Below, piece by piece: positions 36,638 through 47,330 of a stretch of DNA of 64,000 nt (position 1 is its first letter; every line of letters starts with the position of its first letter). The notes under the pieces were generated by a model that made no database searches, was not told where the DNA came from, and worked only from the letters and a program-made list of their open reading frames with translations. The translations under genes were made by a program, and so were the position numbers. The DNA is from an uncultured Phycisphaeraceae bacterium (GTDB lineage: Bacteria > Planctomycetota > Phycisphaerae > Phycisphaerales > UBA1924). Where the stretch lies: contig CAZTJZ010000003.1 of the NCBI GenBank assembly GCA_964614075.1, positions 4,408 through 68,407 of the forward strand, given 5' to 3'.

Positions 36638-38896
36638 ATGCACCGAGTGCCGAATATTGCCCGATGCGCCGGCCTTGCCGTGGCCCTCGCCGTGGCCGCC
36701 GCCAGCACCCAAGCGCAGGACAGCGTCTCACGCAACAGCGACGCGGGCAACGGGCTGCCCGGGGACGCTCTCAACTCCCTTTCCATCGGGACCAACCAGC
36801 GGGCGTCGTACGTCGTCGACCTCGTGCCCCTCACGACCTCGGGCGGCACGACCTTCGGCATCGCGCCGATCGTCAAGTCGGGGCGTCTCGGGACCGCGCG
36901 CTTCAACGCCGTCAACGGGCCCAGCGCCATCAGCCAGACCGTCCGCCAGGGAGCCGCGTACCCCTCGACGAGCTACACGCTCTGGACCCAGCCCGGCGGC
37001 GGGGTCAACACCGCCGAGAACCTCCCCGCCCTCAACACGAGCCTTTCGCCCACGGGCAGCGCGAGCGTCTTCGCGGTGGGCGTTCTGGACTTTGCCGACG
37101 CGACGGTCGGCGCCACCACCGCGTTCTTCAACACCATCACCGGCGCGCTGGTCGCCATGAACCCTTCGACGCCCACGCGTCTGTTCGTCCGGCGCGTCGT
37201 GGCGGCCAACAACAGCCCCTCGCTCGCCCAGGCCGACCGCGCCCAGTTCGGTTTCGGCTCCGTCGACGCCCACGGGAACATCTACTTCCGCGCCGACAGC
37301 ACGATCGCCAGCGGCACGACGAACCTCATCCCGGGCGACAACCTCTTCCGCGTGGCCCTGGCGTCTCGCTCGACCTCGATCAACACGATCGATTCTCTGG
37401 GCGGAACCGACACCGCGGCGACCTCGTGGCTCCTGGTGAACTCCCCCACCACCCACGCCACGCCCCAGAACATCCCCCAGTCCCTCGCGGGGCGCCCGCT
37501 GCTCCTGGGCGACAACCTCCTGGGCCAGTACATCCGCGAGAGCTCGCCCGGCGTGCTCACCAGCGACACCGCCCACCGCCCCACCACCGCCGACCACCGC
37601 GGCGCCGTCTCCTTCTCGCCCGCCGCACTGTTTGCCGGCTCGGTGGGAACCGGGGGCGTCCTCGCCCGCACCACGCTTGTCGGGCGCAACACCTCCATCA
37701 GTCTCTTCGGACTCGACGCCAACGGCGTGGTCACCACCGCCCGCACCATCACCCTCCCCGTCAGCGTCGTCGACCAGTGCGACTTTTTCAACTGGCCCCT
37801 GGCCAACGGCGATTTCCGCCACTACGAGAGTCAGGTGACCTTCCGCGGGGGGAACGGCCCGGTCGCCATCGCCAAGGACCAGAGCGGGCGAGCCCTCGCC
37901 GCCGCCGTCGTCTACAACGGCGCGTACGCCGGCCCGGGCGGAGGGTCCGCCGCCAACCCCTTCGACGCTCTCTACGTCGCCCGCTTCGACCCGACGAACG
38001 CCAACTCCAGCGTCGAGTGGACCGCCGCGGCGTGGGTTACGTCCGACGTGCTCGACGGGAAGGACCTCGTGGGCGACTTCGGCGCCGACGGCGCCCCGGG
38101 CACCAGCGACGCCGGCGAGAACGACGGCCAGGTCAACGCCACCGACGCCCCCATCGGGCGTCTTGCGAGCCAGTTCGAGGCCGGGCTGGGCCAGAACGGC
38201 CCGTCGATCTCCCCTCCCATGCTCGACGCCGCCGGGAATCTCTGGTTTGTCTCGGCGGTTTCGCTGAAGCGCCACAACGGGACGGCCATCGTCCACGACT
38301 TCACGCACGCGCTCGTCCGCGGCGTCTACAACCCCGCGAGCTTCTGCTACACCCTCGAGCTCGTGCTTCCCCTGGGGCGCGTGGTTCAGGGCGCCAACTC
38401 CGGCAAGAACTACCAGGTCGTGTCCCTCGGGCTCGCCGACACGGACTCCGTCGCGTCGCATGCCCCGTGGTCCGCGAGCATCAGCGGCGTGGGGTTCAAC
38501 GGCGAGCCGATCGCCGGCCTTCCCACGAAGGACTCGCGCACGCTCGGCGGGCTGGTGCTCTCTTCACGCGTCGTCTACGACATGAACAGCGACGGGCTCT
38601 ACCAGGACCCCACTCTCCCCGCCGGGAACTCTTCCAGCCCCGACGAGGCGTACAGCGTCGTGCTCTATCTCGGGCACGCGCAGACCCCCTGTCCCGCCGA
38701 CTTTGACGACGGGTCGGGCACCGGCACGCCCGACGGCGGGGTCACCATCGACGACCTGGTCTTTTATCTCACCCTCTTCGAGGCCGGCGACGTCCGAGCC
38801 GACATCGACGACGGCACCGCCACAGGCACCCGCGACGGCGGGGTCACCATCGACGACCTCATCTACTTCCTGACGCGCTTTGAGCTAGGCTGCTGA
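36638..38896 (+). CDS. large secreted protein with tandem dockerin/EF-hand-like C-terminal repeats ending in GC (GC-type dockerin anchored protein, by recollection)
   Basis: 752 aa from ATG 36638. Signal peptide MHRVPNIARCAGLAVALAVAAASTQAQ. C-terminus DDGSGTGTPDGGVTIDDLVFYLTLFEAG / DDGTATGTRDGGVTIDDLIYFLTRFELGC*. Confidence 0.7.
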   Translation: MHRVPNIARCAGLAVALAVAAASTQAQDSVSRNSDAGNGLPGDALNSLSIGTNQRASYVVDLVPLTTSGGTTFGIAPIVKSGRLGTARFNAVNGPSAISQTVRQGAAYPSTSYTLWTQPGGGVNTAENLPALNTSLSPTGSASVFAVGVLDFADATVGATTAFFNTITGALVAMNPSTPTRLFVRRVVAANNSPSLAQADRAQFGFGSVDAHGNIYFRADSTIASGTTNLIPGDNLFRVALASRSTSINTIDSLGGTDTAATSWLLVNSPTTHATPQNIPQSLAGRPLLLGDNLLGQYIRESSPGVLTSDTAHRPTTADHRGAVSFSPAALFAGSVGTGGVLARTTLVGRNTSISLFGLDANGVVTTARTITLPVSVVDQCDFFNWPLANGDFRHYESQVTFRGGNGPVAIAKDQSGRALAAAVVYNGAYAGPGGGSAANPFDALYVARFDPTNANSSVEWTAAAWVTSDVLDGKDLVGDFGADGAPGTSDAGENDGQVNATDAPIGRLASQFEAGLGQNGPSISPPMLDAAGNLWFVSAVSLKRHNGTAIVHDFTHALVRGVYNPASFCYTLELVLPLGRVVQGANSGKNYQVVSLGLADTDSVASHAPWSASISGVGFNGEPIAGLPTKDSRTLGGLVLSSRVVYDMNSDGLYQDPTLPAGNSSSPDEAYSVVLYLGHAQTPCPADFDDGSGTGTPDGGVTIDDLVFYLTLFEAGDVRADIDDGTATGTRDGGVTIDDLIYFLTRFELGC

Positions 38897-39408
38897 TCGC
38901 GTTCGGCCGCGTACTCCGCGAGCTCCGCCGGGATCTCCCGCAGCCCGCGCCGCCGCGCCTTGGCCACCGCGTACCGCAGCGACGCCCGCATCCGGCGACG
39001 CACGCCCTCGGTCACGTTCAGGCCGCGCCGTTCCATCTCGTCGATCGCGAACTTCCACGCGTGGTATTCCTCGAGGCAGCGCGGCTTGTACACCCCCAGC
39101 CCGATGGCGTGATGCCCGATCTCGTGCAAGAACACCGCGGCGGACATGGGCCCCTTGGGACGAGGCGACTCGATCAGGCGCTGCACCGTGCCGTCGCGGT
39201 ACTCGACGAACCACGCGACGCCCGACATCGCGCTCCGCCACCGGCGCACCCGCACCCCGTACTTCGAGAGCATCTCGCGCGTCATCTCGTCGTAGCGGGC
39301 GGCCATCCCGGACGCTCGCACGGCCCGCGGCTTGTCCCGGACCATTGGCGGCCTCACCCCCGTGATCGCCTTCTTGAGCGACGCCACGTAGTCCCACAGC
39401 GTCAGCAC
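38863..39408 (-). CDS. small HExxH zinc-metallopeptidase-like protein
   Basis: 181 aa if started at GTG 39408, which overlaps the fmt stop (GTGCTGA); ATG 39345 is the alternative. Motif AAVFLHEIGHHAIG. 3' end overlaps the convergent dockerin gene by 34 nt. Confidence 0.5.
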   Translation of the reverse strand: MLTLWDYVASLKKAITGVRPPMVRDKPRAVRASGMAARYDEMTREMLSKYGVRVRRWRSAMSGVAWFVEYRDGTVQRLIESPRPKGPMSAAVFLHEIGHHAIGLGVYKPRCLEEYHAWKFAIDEMERRGLNVTEGVRRRMRASLRYAVAKARRRGLREIPAELAEYAAERDQQPSSKRVRK

Positions 39409-40352
39409 GGGCGGCCTCCGATCAGGACTTCCCCCTCGCGGACCGGACGCCCGCGCACGAAGTCCAGCCACGTCATGGCCCGCTTGCCCGCGGGCTGAAC
39501 CTCGAGGAGCTCCAGGCACGCCCCCGTGCCGCACGACACCAGCCCGCGCGCTTGGTCCACGACCCTCCCCGCTTCCAGCTCGCTCGTCGTCCCGCTCACA
39601 CGCACCCGCAGCAGCTTCAGCTCCAGCTCCCCGAGCCTCACCACCACGCCGGGCCAGGGGTTGAGCCCGTGCACACGCCTCCGGCAGGCCTCCGCGCCCT
39701 CGCGCGGGTCCATCCACGCGTCGCCCTTGGAGAGTTTCCTCGCCAGGGTCACGAGCGAGGGGTCCTGCTCGCGCCCCACCAGCGTCCCCAACGCCTGCTC
39801 CTCGAGCACCCGCAGGACCAGCGCCGCCCCGTCGCCCGCGAGCTGGTCGTGCAGCTCGCCCGTGGTGACGCCGGGCGAGATCTCACGCCGTGACTGCCCC
39901 AGGATCAGCCCCGCGTCCATCTTTTCCGCGAGCGTGATCACCGAGTTGCCCGTCTGCGCGTCCCCGGCGAGGATCGCCGAGTGGATCGGCGCCGCCCCAC
40001 GCCACCGCGGGAGCAGCGACGCGTGAAGATTCACCGCGAAGCGCCCTTCGAGCAGCCCCCGGGACAGCTTCTGCCCGAACGCGATCACCACCCACGCGTC
40101 GGCGTCGATCTCACGCACCCTCGCGAGCATCCCCGCCTCGTTCACGTTCTCCGGCTTGAGCACCATCACGCCCGGCGCGTGTTCCGCCGCCCACTGCGCG
40201 ATGGGCGTGGGCGTGAGCTTGTGCCCGCGTCCGGCGGGCTTGTCGGGCTGGGTGACGATGGCGCGAAGCTCGTGGTGGGCCGCCAGCTCGCGCAGCGTGG
40301 GCACGCCGAACGCGCCGGAGCCGAAAAAAATGACCCGACGCCGCTCGGCCAT
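39402..40352 (-). CDS. fmt: methionyl-tRNA formyltransferase
   Basis: 316 aa. RVIFFGSGAFGVP, VTQPDKPAGRG, NLHASLLPRWRGAAPI. Confidence 0.95.
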   Translation of the reverse strand: MAERRRVIFFGSGAFGVPTLRELAAHHELRAIVTQPDKPAGRGHKLTPTPIAQWAAEHAPGVMVLKPENVNEAGMLARVREIDADAWVVIAFGQKLSRGLLEGRFAVNLHASLLPRWRGAAPIHSAILAGDAQTGNSVITLAEKMDAGLILGQSRREISPGVTTGELHDQLAGDGAALVLRVLEEQALGTLVGREQDPSLVTLARKLSKGDAWMDPREGAEACRRRVHGLNPWPGVVVRLGELELKLLRVRVSGTTSELEAGRVVDQARGLVSCGTGACLELLEVQPAGKRAMTWLDFVRGRPVREGEVLIGGRPC

Positions 40353-40382
40353 CTTCGGAAGATCCTCCTCTGGGTCGGCCTC

Positions 40383-40940
40383 TTACAGGCCGGCTTCGCG
40401 CTCCAGCGCCCGCACCGCGGCCTTGTTCTTGAGCCGGTAAATCTGCGTCATCTTGTCGATGATCAACACCCCGTCGAGGTGGTCCTGCTCGTGCTGCCAG
40501 CACCGCGCGAGCAGCCCCGCGCCGGTCATCGTGAACGCCTTCCCGTCCAGCCCCGTCGCGCGGAGCGTGATCACGGGCGGGCGCAGCACGTCGCCCCGGA
40601 TGTCCGGCAGGCTCAGGCACCCCTCCTCGTATGTTTCGAGCTCCCCGGTCGGGTCGTGCAGCGACGGGTTGATACACACCAGCGGCGTGCGCGTCGCCGT
40701 CGCGGGCGTGTCGTCCACGCTCCGCTTCTCCCCCGGCGGCACGTGGCACACGAACATCCGCCACGAGAGCCCGACCTGCGGCGCCGCAAGCCCCACGCCT
40801 TCGGCTTCCCGCATCAGCTCGATCATGCGTTCCGCCACGGCGCGGACCTCCCCCGTGATCTCGCCCACCGCCTTCGCCTTCGCGCGCAGGACTGGCGCCG
40901 GGTAGCTCACGATCTCGAGTTCGCGAACGGGAACCGCCAT
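40383..40940 (-). CDS. def: peptide deformylase
   Basis: 185 aa from ATG 40940. Motifs GVGLAAPQVG, EGCLSLPD, QHEQDHLDG. Confidence 0.95.
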   Translation of the reverse strand: MAVPVRELEIVSYPAPVLRAKAKAVGEITGEVRAVAERMIELMREAEGVGLAAPQVGLSWRMFVCHVPPGEKRSVDDTPATATRTPLVCINPSLHDPTGELETYEEGCLSLPDIRGDVLRPPVITLRATGLDGKAFTMTGAGLLARCWQHEQDHLDGVLIIDKMTQIYRLKNKAAVRALEREAGL

Positions 40941-41008
40941 CGCCCATCGTACCCCCGTCATCCCCCGAAATTCCCGTCACGCGACGCGCGCCCGCATACC
41001 CTCCGTGC

Positions 41009-42130
41009 ATGTTGAAACCCACCCGCTCCGTTTTCACGGCGCTCGCGCTCGCCGCGGGCTCCCCGGGCGCCCTCGCGCAGCCGGGCCCGCCGCCGGCCAA
41101 CGTCCAGTTCGGCGAGGTCCGCAGCGAGCTCGTCCAGCAGCTCCGCGCGGTCACGGGTGAGGTCCGCGCGATCCGGCGGTCCCTCGTCGCCGCCGAGGAG
41201 GCGGGGCGGGTCGAGTCCGTCGCGGTCGAGGCGGGCGACCGCGTCACGGCGGGGCAGGTGCTCGCGAAGCTCGATGATTCACTCGCCCGACTGGCCCTCG
41301 CCCGCGCCCAGGCCGAGCTCGCCTCGCGCCAGGGCCAGCTTGACGAGCGCCGGGCGGAGCTCGACCGAGCGGTGCGTGAGCTCTCCCGCTACAGCGGGCT
41401 GGCGGAACGGGTCGCGTCGGAGAGCCTGATCGATGAGTGGCGCATGAACGAGAAGACCGCCACGTCCAAGCTCGCCCAGGCCGAGGCCGACGTGAAGCGT
41501 GCCCAAGCCGACCTGGGCGAGGCGCAGCGGCGTTTGGATCGCCTCACCATCAAGGCTCCCTTCGCGGGGCGCGTCGTGAGCAAGCGAACCGAGGCGGGCG
41601 CGTGGGCCAACCCAGGCAGCCCCGTCGCCGAAGTGCTCGCCACCGACAACCTCGAGGTCCGCCTGGACGTCCCCGAGATCTATGTGGGGGTCATCAAGGA
41701 AGGGCAGACCGCCGTCACGCTCCAGTTCCCCGCCCTGCGGCGCGAGGCTACCGCCACCGTCGCCAGCGTCATCCCCGACGCCGACACGCTCTCGCGGCTT
41801 GTCCCCATCCGACTTACCCTCCCCAACCCATCGGGCGAGTTCTGGGCCGGGATGACCGTCACCGGGCTTGTCCCCACCGGGGATCAGGCTCCGGCGATCA
41901 CGATTCCCAAGGACGCCATCCTCCGCGACGACGCCGGCGAGTATGTCTACTTCGACGCGAACGGGAGCGCTATGCCCGCCCGGATCAAGCGCCTCTACGC
42001 CCTCCAGGACCGCGTCGCCATCGAGCCCGCCATGCTCCAGCCCGGGATGAAGGTCGTCACCGACGGCAACATCCGCGTCTTCCCCGGGCAGCCCCTCAAC
42101 AACGTCGGCCCCGCGCAGCCCGCCAAGTAG
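41009..42130 (+). CDS. RND efflux periplasmic adaptor (MFP family)
   Basis: 373 aa. Signal peptide, coiled-coil hairpin (LARAQAELASRQGQLDERRAELDRA..) and the LTIKAPFAGRVV motif. Confidence 0.9.
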   Translation: MLKPTRSVFTALALAAGSPGALAQPGPPPANVQFGEVRSELVQQLRAVTGEVRAIRRSLVAAEEAGRVESVAVEAGDRVTAGQVLAKLDDSLARLALARAQAELASRQGQLDERRAELDRAVRELSRYSGLAERVASESLIDEWRMNEKTATSKLAQAEADVKRAQADLGEAQRRLDRLTIKAPFAGRVVSKRTEAGAWANPGSPVAEVLATDNLEVRLDVPEIYVGVIKEGQTAVTLQFPALRREATATVASVIPDADTLSRLVPIRLTLPNPSGEFWAGMTVTGLVPTGDQAPAITIPKDAILRDDAGEYVYFDANGSAMPARIKRLYALQDRVAIEPAMLQPGMKVVTDGNIRVFPGQPLNNVGPAQPAK

Positions 42131-42169
42131 ACCCGACCGACCTCCCCACCACCTCATCAGGGACTTTGC

Positions 42170-45100
42170 ATGGATCTCATCCGTTGGTCGATGAGCCGAC
42201 CCGTCAGCGTCAGCGTCGTCGTGATGCTGGTCGTCCTGTTCGGGCTCATTGGCCTGACCGCCATCCCCATCCAGCTCAAGCCCACGGTGGACACCCCGGT
42301 GGTCACCGTCCACACCGCCTGGCCCGGCCGCAGCCCCGAGGAGCTCGTCGACGAGGTCACCCGCAAGCAGGAGGAGCGCCTCAAGAACGTCGCCAACCTC
42401 AAGACCATGCGTTCCACGAGCCGCGAGGGCGAGTGTGACATCACCCTCGAGTTCACGCTCAACGCCGACATCAACCGGGCCCTCCAGGAGGTCTCCGACG
42501 CGCTCCGCCAGGTCGCCGACTACCCCGACGAGGTCGAGCCCCCCACCGTCGAGGCCTCGGAGGGCGGCGTGTCCAACGCCATCGCGTGGCTGATCCTCGA
42601 CCTGGACCCCGCGGCCCGAGCCCAGTTCCCCGATTTCGATGTCGCCACGCTCTTCACCCCCGTCGACAAGGAGATCAAGCCCTACCTCGAGCGCGTCGAG
42701 GGCGTGGCGCAGGTCCGGGTGTTCGGCGGACGCGAGCGCGAGGTCCACGTCCTGGTCGACCCCAGCGCCCTGGCGCAACGCTCCCTCGCCTACGACCAGG
42801 TCATCGCCGCCCTGCGCGATGAGAACATCAACGCGTCCGCGGGCGCGGTCGCCGAGGGCAAGCGCGACATCCGCGTGCGCGTCCTGGGCCAGTACCGCTC
42901 GCCCTCGGAGATCCTCGACACCGTCGTCGCGTACCGCGACGCCAGGCCCGTCCACGTCCGCGACGTGGCCCGCGTCGAGATCTCCCACGAGAAGGTCCGA
43001 GGGTTTGTCCGCTCCTTCGGCGAGCCCTCCCTCGCCATGCCCGTCATCCGCCAGGGCGGCGCCAACGTCGTCAAGGTCATGGGCGAGCTTCGCCAACGCC
43101 TGGGCGAGGTCCGGCGGGACATCCTCCCCAAGCTCGACCCCGCCGTCGGCAAGCACCTCCGCCTCCGCCAGGTCTACGACGAGACCGTCTACATCGACTC
43201 GGCGATCGACCTTGTCCTCGAAAACCTCTGGAAGGGCGGCGTGCTGGCCGTCATCACCCTGACCCTCTTCCTCCGGTCGTTCCGCAGCACGGGCGTCATC
43301 GCCCTGGCCATCCCGATCTGCATCATCGCGACCTTTCTCATCATCCTCGCCGCCGGGCGGACGCTCAACATCGTCTCCCTCGCCGGGCTCGCCTTCTCGA
43401 CGGGCATGGTGGTCGACAACGCGATCGTCGTTCTCGAGAACATCACACGCCGGCGCGCCCTGGGCGACGCGCCCCTCGACGCGGTCTATCGAGGCACCAA
43501 GGAGGTCTGGACCGCGATCCTCGCCTCCACGCTCACCACGGTCTGCGTCTTCATCCCGATCCTCACCGTCCAGGAAGAGGCCGGGCAGATCTTCTTTGAT
43601 CTCTCGCTCGCGATGGCCGTCGCCGTCTCGGTGAGCGTCGTCGTCGCCATCACCGTCGTCCCGTGCGCCTGCGCCCTGGTCTTCAAGCGCGACGCCAAGC
43701 CCGCGGTCCGCGGCGGCCCCCCCGCACGCTCGGCCTGGCAGGAGCTCTTCGGGCTTGCGCAGCTTTCCGCCGGGTTCGCCGCGCGCGTCGGGAACCTCGT
43801 CCTCTGGCTCATCACCGGCTGGCGCGCCTGGAGCGTGCGCCCCGCCCTCATCCTCGCGATGACCGCCCTGAGCATCCTTCTCTCGATCACGCTCGCCCCG
43901 CCCCTGGACTACCTCCCCAACGGCAACCAGAACCTCGTCTTCGGCGGGCTGCTCATCCCCCCCGGGCTCTCCGTCGAGCAGCAGGTCAACATCTCGCAGC
44001 GCATCGAGGCGCAGATCAAGCCGTACCTTGACGCCGACATCAAGCGGCCCGAGACCCTTGAGAACCTTCCGCCCATCGCGCGCCGTGAAGCCCCCGACAA
44101 GCCCTTCCCGCCCGTTCCCCTCGACAACTTCTTCATCGGCGCATTCCAGGGCGGGATGTTCGTCGGCGGGATCAGCCAGGACCCGCAGCGCGTCATCCCC
44201 GTCGGGACGCTCATCAGCAACGCGATGGTGACCATCCCCGACGCCTTCGGCGGGGCCGCGCAGGCTTCAATCTTCGGGCGCTCCGCCGGAACCACCAGCA
44301 CCCTCAACGTCGAGATCTCGGGCCCCTCGATCTCGCGGGTCTCCGCCGCCGCCAGCATGATGCTCTTCAAGGCCTTCGCGATGCCCGAGATCGGGCCGTT
44401 CCGGGTGCGGCCCGCGCCCGCCAACTTCAACCTCCAGCAGCCCGAGGTCCAGGTCCGCCTCAACGACGCCGGCCGCGAGCTAGGCCTGCGCCCGCGCGAC
44501 GTCGGCACCGCCGTGCGCGGGCTCTTCGACGGCGCCTTCGCCGGCGAGTACATCGACCAGGGACGCGCCATCAGCATCCTCGTCAAGCCCGTCGGCGGAG
44601 ACCTGGGCTCCACCGATCACCTCCAGGATGTCTCCCTCTCCACACCCGCCGGCAAGATCGTCCCGCTGGGCGCTGTCGCGCAGATCAGGCCCGGCCAGAG
44701 CCCCCAGGAAATCCAGCGTATCGAGGAACTCCCCGCGGTCAGCCTCCAGATCACCCCGCCCGAAGGGCTCCCGCTCGAGTCACTCACGCAGCTCATCCGC
44801 GAGCAGCTCGTGGCCCCCGCCGAGGCCGCCGGACTCCTCGACCCCTCCATGCGCGTCCGCATGGAGGGCACCGCCGCCAAGCTCGAAGAAGTCAAGACCG
44901 CCCTCTTCGGCGCGCGCCACTCCGCCCCCGAGGCGCCCTGGCAGCGCGCCCTGCGCGTCGCCTCGTACCTGCTCTCCTTCATCGCGCTGGGCGTCGCGAC
45001 ATTCTGCGTCGTCCGGGCCGGAAGTTCCCGCCACGCCTTCTACGGCGCCGTCGGCGCCCTGCTCCTGGGGCTGGTTCTCGCGGGCATGCTCCTGGGCGTT

Positions 45101-45724
45101 GCGCTGGCCCCCCAGCTTCTCCTGGCGCGCTTTGTGTGGGCCCTCCTCGTCACGTACCTCCTCATGTGCGCCCTCTTCGAGAGCTTCCTCTACCCCTTCG
45201 TCATTATGTTCTCTGTTCCCCTGGCGATGGTCGGCGGGTTCGCCGCGCTCCGCCTCGTCCACAACTGGACCCTCACCAACCCCGCCATCGCCCCCCAGCA
45301 GCTCGACGTGCTCACCATCATCGGGTTCGTCATCCTTGTCGGCACCGTCGTCAACAACGCCATCCTCATCGTCGAGCAGGCCCTCAACTTCATGACCCCC
45401 GGGAAGGCCGGCGAAGAGTTCGCCAAGGACCACGCCCTTGCCCCGCGAGAGGCCATCTGCGAGAGCGTCCGCACCCGGCTCCGCCCCATCCTCATGACCA
45501 CGCTCACGACCCTTGGCGGCGGGCTTCCCCTTGTCATCGCCCCGGGCTCCGGCTCGGAGATGTACCGCGGGCTCGGGGCCGTGGTTTGCGGCGGGCTGCT
45601 CGTCTCCACCATCTTCACGCTCGTCCTCGTCCCCATGGTCTTCAGCCTCGTCCTCGACATGAAGGACGGCTTCACCCACGCCCTCGCCAGCCGGAAAGCC
45701 GAAGCCGCGGCCCGCGCCATCTAG
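42170..45724 (+). CDS. RND efflux transporter permease
   Basis: 1184 aa. MDLIRWSMSRPVSVSVVVMLVVLFG, SLAGLAFSTGMVVDNAIVVLENI, GFVILVGTVVNNAILIVE. Follows the adaptor gene by 39 nt. Confidence 0.95.
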   Translation: MDLIRWSMSRPVSVSVVVMLVVLFGLIGLTAIPIQLKPTVDTPVVTVHTAWPGRSPEELVDEVTRKQEERLKNVANLKTMRSTSREGECDITLEFTLNADINRALQEVSDALRQVADYPDEVEPPTVEASEGGVSNAIAWLILDLDPAARAQFPDFDVATLFTPVDKEIKPYLERVEGVAQVRVFGGREREVHVLVDPSALAQRSLAYDQVIAALRDENINASAGAVAEGKRDIRVRVLGQYRSPSEILDTVVAYRDARPVHVRDVARVEISHEKVRGFVRSFGEPSLAMPVIRQGGANVVKVMGELRQRLGEVRRDILPKLDPAVGKHLRLRQVYDETVYIDSAIDLVLENLWKGGVLAVITLTLFLRSFRSTGVIALAIPICIIATFLIILAAGRTLNIVSLAGLAFSTGMVVDNAIVVLENITRRRALGDAPLDAVYRGTKEVWTAILASTLTTVCVFIPILTVQEEAGQIFFDLSLAMAVAVSVSVVVAITVVPCACALVFKRDAKPAVRGGPPARSAWQELFGLAQLSAGFAARVGNLVLWLITGWRAWSVRPALILAMTALSILLSITLAPPLDYLPNGNQNLVFGGLLIPPGLSVEQQVNISQRIEAQIKPYLDADIKRPETLENLPPIARREAPDKPFPPVPLDNFFIGAFQGGMFVGGISQDPQRVIPVGTLISNAMVTIPDAFGGAAQASIFGRSAGTTSTLNVEISGPSISRVSAAASMMLFKAFAMPEIGPFRVRPAPANFNLQQPEVQVRLNDAGRELGLRPRDVGTAVRGLFDGAFAGEYIDQGRAISILVKPVGGDLGSTDHLQDVSLSTPAGKIVPLGAVAQIRPGQSPQEIQRIEELPAVSLQITPPEGLPLESLTQLIREQLVAPAEAAGLLDPSMRVRMEGTAAKLEEVKTALFGARHSAPEAPWQRALRVASYLLSFIALGVATFCVVRAGSSRHAFYGAVGALLLGLVLAGMLLGVALAPQLLLARFVWALLVTYLLMCALFESFLYPFVIMFSVPLAMVGGFAALRLVHNWTLTNPAIAPQQLDVLTIIGFVILVGTVVNNAILIVEQALNFMTPGKAGEEFAKDHALAPREAICESVRTRLRPILMTTLTTLGGGLPLVIAPGSGSEMYRGLGAVVCGGLLVSTIFTLVLVPMVFSLVLDMKDGFTHALASRKAEAAARAI

Positions 45725-46130
45725 GGCGAGTTGTGTGCCGGTCAATGGGAGTGTTGCCCGCTCGGCAGGGCGTGGCCCTCGTGGGCTCGATCACTCCCCC
45801 CCCCGCGACCGGGCTGGGGCGAGTTTCAGCATGAACGCTCGGAAGCGGCTCGCGTTTTCGGGGTTGATCCTGCGGCGACATTTGAACCCCGGCCGGAGAG
45901 CGGCCGGCGTCTGATCGTGCCGCCGTCACGCCGCTGGTGACCACGCTCCTCCCGCATGCACACGGCTCCGGTCACGGCGTGTCGATCATGGGCCGTGGCC
46001 ATGAACAAGCAGGCTCGCGAAGTCCGTCGTCACCGGCGGGGCCGGCGTAGGGCTCGGCGAAACTCTTCACAGTTCCCTTTGCGTTGGCGGTCGGCGAGCG
46101 TGCCTTGGTCACCCACGATATGGTTGGCCC

Positions 46131-46925
46131 ATGAATCTGTACTGGGTCTACGACCTCTCGAACGCGGTGTTCTGCGTGCTCATGGTCAGCCTGGCCGTGA
46201 TCTTCGGCGTTGGCGGGCTCTTGCTCACGCGCCCGCTCGCCCGGCGGATCTTCGGCCCGCCGCCGGGGTGCAACGACCTCGTGAGTTACTTTCTCTCGGC
46301 CACCGGTGTGTTTTACGGCATCACGCTGGGCCTGATCGCCATCGGCGCATGGGAGAACTTCAACATGGTCAGCAATCGCGTGTCCGGCGAGGCGGCGGCC
46401 CTGGCGACCCTCTGCCAGGACGTCCGTGCGATGGGCGATCGCCCGGGCGCCGCCGAGCTGAATGCCGACCTCAAGGAATACCTGCGCTACACCATCGAGG
46501 ACGCCTGGCCCGTGCAGCGCAAGGGCCTGATCCCCAAGGGCGGCACGGAACGACTCACGACGTTCCAGAGACACCTCCTGGCCCTGGACACCTCGAGCAG
46601 CACCGACGAGATGGTCAAGACCGAGATGCTGGGCCGGCTGAACCAGGTCATCGAGACGCGACGGCTGCGGCTGGAGTCGGTCGAGTCGGGCCTGTCGATG
46701 GTCCTGTGGCTGGTGGTCGTCGTGGGCGGCGCCCTGAACATGGCGTTGACCTGGATGTTTGTGACCGACCGGACGCCCGCTCACGCGCTGCTCGTGGGCG
46801 TGCTCGGATCGCTGGTGGGCCTGCTGGTCTTCATGGTCGCGGCGATGGACAACCCGTTCCGAGGCGAGCTGAGCGTAAGCCCAAGGCCGTTCGAGGTAGT
46901 CCTGGACCGGTACTTCTCGAGCTGA
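46131..46925 (+). CDS. membrane protein, DUF4239-like (by recollection)
   Basis: 264 aa. N-terminal TM, VFYGITLGLIAIGAWENF, and C-terminal TM pair. No catalytic motif. Confidence 0.6.
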   Translation: MNLYWVYDLSNAVFCVLMVSLAVIFGVGGLLLTRPLARRIFGPPPGCNDLVSYFLSATGVFYGITLGLIAIGAWENFNMVSNRVSGEAAALATLCQDVRAMGDRPGAAELNADLKEYLRYTIEDAWPVQRKGLIPKGGTERLTTFQRHLLALDTSSSTDEMVKTEMLGRLNQVIETRRLRLESVESGLSMVLWLVVVVGGALNMALTWMFVTDRTPAHALLVGVLGSLVGLLVFMVAAMDNPFRGELSVSPRPFEVVLDRYFSS

Positions 46926-47330
46926 GCTCGCGGCCTCGTGCCTTGCCCGCAGGGCCTGGCCGCGCTTCGACGAAGCTTGAACCTCGCGAGCGGACACCCT
47001 CAGCCCCGAAGCGCGGCACGCTTTTCCCATGAAGCAAGGCGACGCCTGCGTGGAAGCTGACGCGGGCCTTGGCGTTGGCGGCGATCGTGGGGAGCGAGAA
47101 CCTCGCGGGATATTCGGCGCAACTAGAACGCCCCGGAGAGAGCTCCGAGGCGCTGTGACGATGAAGCTGGATCAAACCGCACGCGTCGCCCCCGCGTCCC
47201 GGCGTCATCGCGATGACGGCGGCGGATTCGGAGACCACTTCCGGCCGCGGCCTCCCGCCACCACCGATAACGCATCCTGGAAAGGGTGGCCATTGTGAGA
47301 TCGCGGCCGTGGCCGGGTCGCGCGTCGTGC

